Below, piece after piece: positions 61,704 to 64,000 of a stretch of 64,000 bases of DNA; position 1 is the stretch's first letter, and each line of letters starts with the position of its first letter. Source of the stretch: Octopus sinensis (lineage: Eukaryota); the NCBI RefSeq assembly GCF_006345805.1, contig NC_043001.1, positions 120,280,001-120,344,000 of the forward strand. The letters run 5' to 3'. Made by a program: the position numbers and the translations under genes. The notes beneath the pieces were generated by a model, which saw only the letters and a list, made by a program, of their open reading frames with translations, was not told where the DNA came from and did not search any database.

Positions 61704-62779
61704 AGGAATTAATAATTTCTGTTAGAAATAATGTTCGATATAATGTTTGTCTGCCAACCAATGAGACGTCGGGATACGTACAAATTGATCATGTTATAGT
61801 CACGCCATTCCTACAGTTAGCAAGCATGAACCATTTGTTCCACGCTTTCAAAAATCATTAGCTGACATTTCAGTCATATTATGTAACATTATTCGTGATG
61901 AAAAAACTCAGTGTGCATCTGGGTTTTACCTTTTTTCATATTCTTTGTATTTTTATTAATTTTTTTTTTGTCTAGATTGGTTATCGGTTCCATAATTACA
62001 CTAACTTTCGATGCTGCCAGCGTTTGCAGTTCATTTGTTTATTTTTATTAAAAAATTGAAATCAATATTGTAAAGTGAATCGATTCTGCAGTTGTTAGTC
62101 CTACAAAAATTAATGTGTATATTTTCCCCACGCAATTTCATTCTTGCATTAGAAATGAGAGAGAGAGTACTGGCTGTTTACTTTAAATTTTTTTATTTTT
62201 TCCACAGTAGTAAATGGAAAATAAGTCTCATTTGTTACCATGTTACCATCAAATAGTGGACGAGACGCACAATCTTAAAAAACAATCTTGCATATTAAAA
62301 AATTGAGAGGGTCTCTGCGCTTCGACAGTCTTGTGTAACGAATATTTAGATAGACTTTGATTGGGTGATCGAAATGGTTCAAAGTATAAGAACACAGTTA
62401 CAGATTAAAGACTTGTACGTGTTAATTGCCTTCTAAAATTGCTGGATACTACGACTTTTGCCTGCTCAGAGAAGACTTCTCATTTTATAGGAAATTAATA
62501 AATACCTAACAATGAACGTTTGTGTGTGTCCGCGGATGCGTGTGTTTGTATTCATGCGTACATAGACACACGTATATATTAATCAACGTATGCAGTATTA
62601 TAGATCCATTTCAGCTGATTTTAACAATCAGTTTTGCACTGCCTATATTCGGTAACCGATGGTAGATAACAGGGTGGTTATTTAAGATGACGTACTGTTT
62701 AGAAGAACCGACAGGTAAGCATACGTCTCTATTCACAATTGTAGGAGTGCATATTTTTCTGGCTTATAGATTCTTAGAC

Positions 62780-62811
<32 letters not shown>

Positions 62812-62820
<9 letters not shown>

Positions 62821-63760
62821 CAATAAGAGGCTTCCGAATAGGAAAGCCTTGTGCTAGAAAGAGCAGTAGAAAACTCAAAACCACCAAATAAGGATAAATT
62901 TTCGAAAGGAATGAACATTAAAAACGTTTACCATCTCAATTATTTCCCAGACCATGATTTCTAACTATTTCCAGCAAAAAAATATTTGCTGAAGGCCAGT
63001 TTCATCAGTGGGACAGCCTTTCGATGTCAAATACACAACACAGCCAGATCCACATGTAAAACTAACTGCTTGTATATTCTAACTTTTCAGACTAATGCGC
63101 AGACGCAGATTAATTTTCATTCCTTTCGAAAATTTATCCTTATTTGGTGGTTTTGAGTTTTCTACTGCTCTTTCTAGCACAACGCTTTCCTATTTGGAAT
63201 CCTTTTATTGTATTTCTATGTGAATAATATATAGTCTAATGACTAATTCGTTTTTGTGCTAGGCCACTGGTAATAATAATTTCTTATTACCCTATTATTA
63301 TTTATTATGTTTAAATATTCTCTGATAAATTTGTTCGAAATTTTTACCGGCATCCTCTCTGTCGCCGGGTATAATCTGCGTCTGCGCAGTAGTCTGAAAA
63401 GTTAGAATATACAAGCAGTTAGTTTTACATGTCGATCTGGCTTTGCTGTGTATTTGAAATCGAAAGGCTGTCCCACTGATGAAACTGGCCTTCAGCAAAT
63501 ATTTTTTATGCTGGAAATAGTTAGAAACCATGGTCTGGGAAATAATTGAGATGGTAAACGTTTTTAACTTGCATTCCTTTCAATAATTTATCCTTATTTG
63601 GTGGTTTTGAGTTTTCTACTGCTCTTTCTAGCACAAGGCTTTCCTATTCGGAATCCTTTTATTGTATTTCTATGTGAATAATATATAGTCTAATGACTAA
63701 TTCGTTTTTGTGCTAGGCCACTGGTAATAATAATTTATTATTACCCTATTTATTATTTAT
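62812..63760. repeat. Complex inverted plus direct duplication (A-B-A'-C-x-B'-A'-C)
   Basis: 62812-63112 is inverted at 63372-63673. 62812-62915 is also inverted at 63116-63219. 63116-63308 is directly repeated at about 63570-63760. Confidence 0.93.
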
Positions 63761-64000
63761 TATATATATATATATGTACATATATGTATATGTATGTATG
63801 TATGTGTGTGTGTATGTGTATTTATAATGTGTAAAAATGTCTATGTATATATACATATATACACACACATATGTGTATATGAATTTATATTATATGTACT
63901 ATGAGATAGATAGATAGATAGATAGACAGATAGATAATGCAACGTTCCGTCAATTTCGACGTAAGCGTGTTCAGTTGTTCAATATATACATATAGAAGCC

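Noticed and set aside
62975-63015. CTGATGA motif in segment B as a functional hammerhead
   Set aside because: G12 is missing in both copies and stem I cannot form; kept only as a hint of PLE origin.

Overview
AT-rich, microsatellite-dense animal genomic DNA, most likely octopus. That assignment is an inference from the SINE families, the abundant (TA)n/(TATG)n/(TAGA)n arrays and the Penelope load; I could not run a search. No host gene can be called with confidence, only a few weak splice-site-flanked exon candidates. Nearly all ORFs in the supplied track are microsatellite or antisense artefacts. The interpretable content is transposable elements: two tRNA-headed SINE families (about 25 copies, including TSD-flanked dimers and trimers), CR1/L2-like LINE RT fragments, at least five Penelope-like (PLE) remnants, two Ty3/Gypsy integrase relics, a mariner, a nearly intact DD37D (maT) transposase ORF, a MULE, a Helitron-type and a hAT-type MITE, and an ORF1-only (zinc-knuckle) LINE-like unit. 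The most interesting signal is a set of minimal type-I hammerhead ribozyme motifs. One is structurally complete (36275-36320, minus strand) and sits in a composite element with a tRNA-like Pol III head. Several more lie in PLE terminal repeats, some sharing a non-canonical C at core position 6. There are also long foldback or inverted-duplication structures (23.8-24.1 kb, 62.8-63.8 kb) and a 100-N assembly gap. Boundaries were read by eye and are approximate unless exact motifs are quoted.
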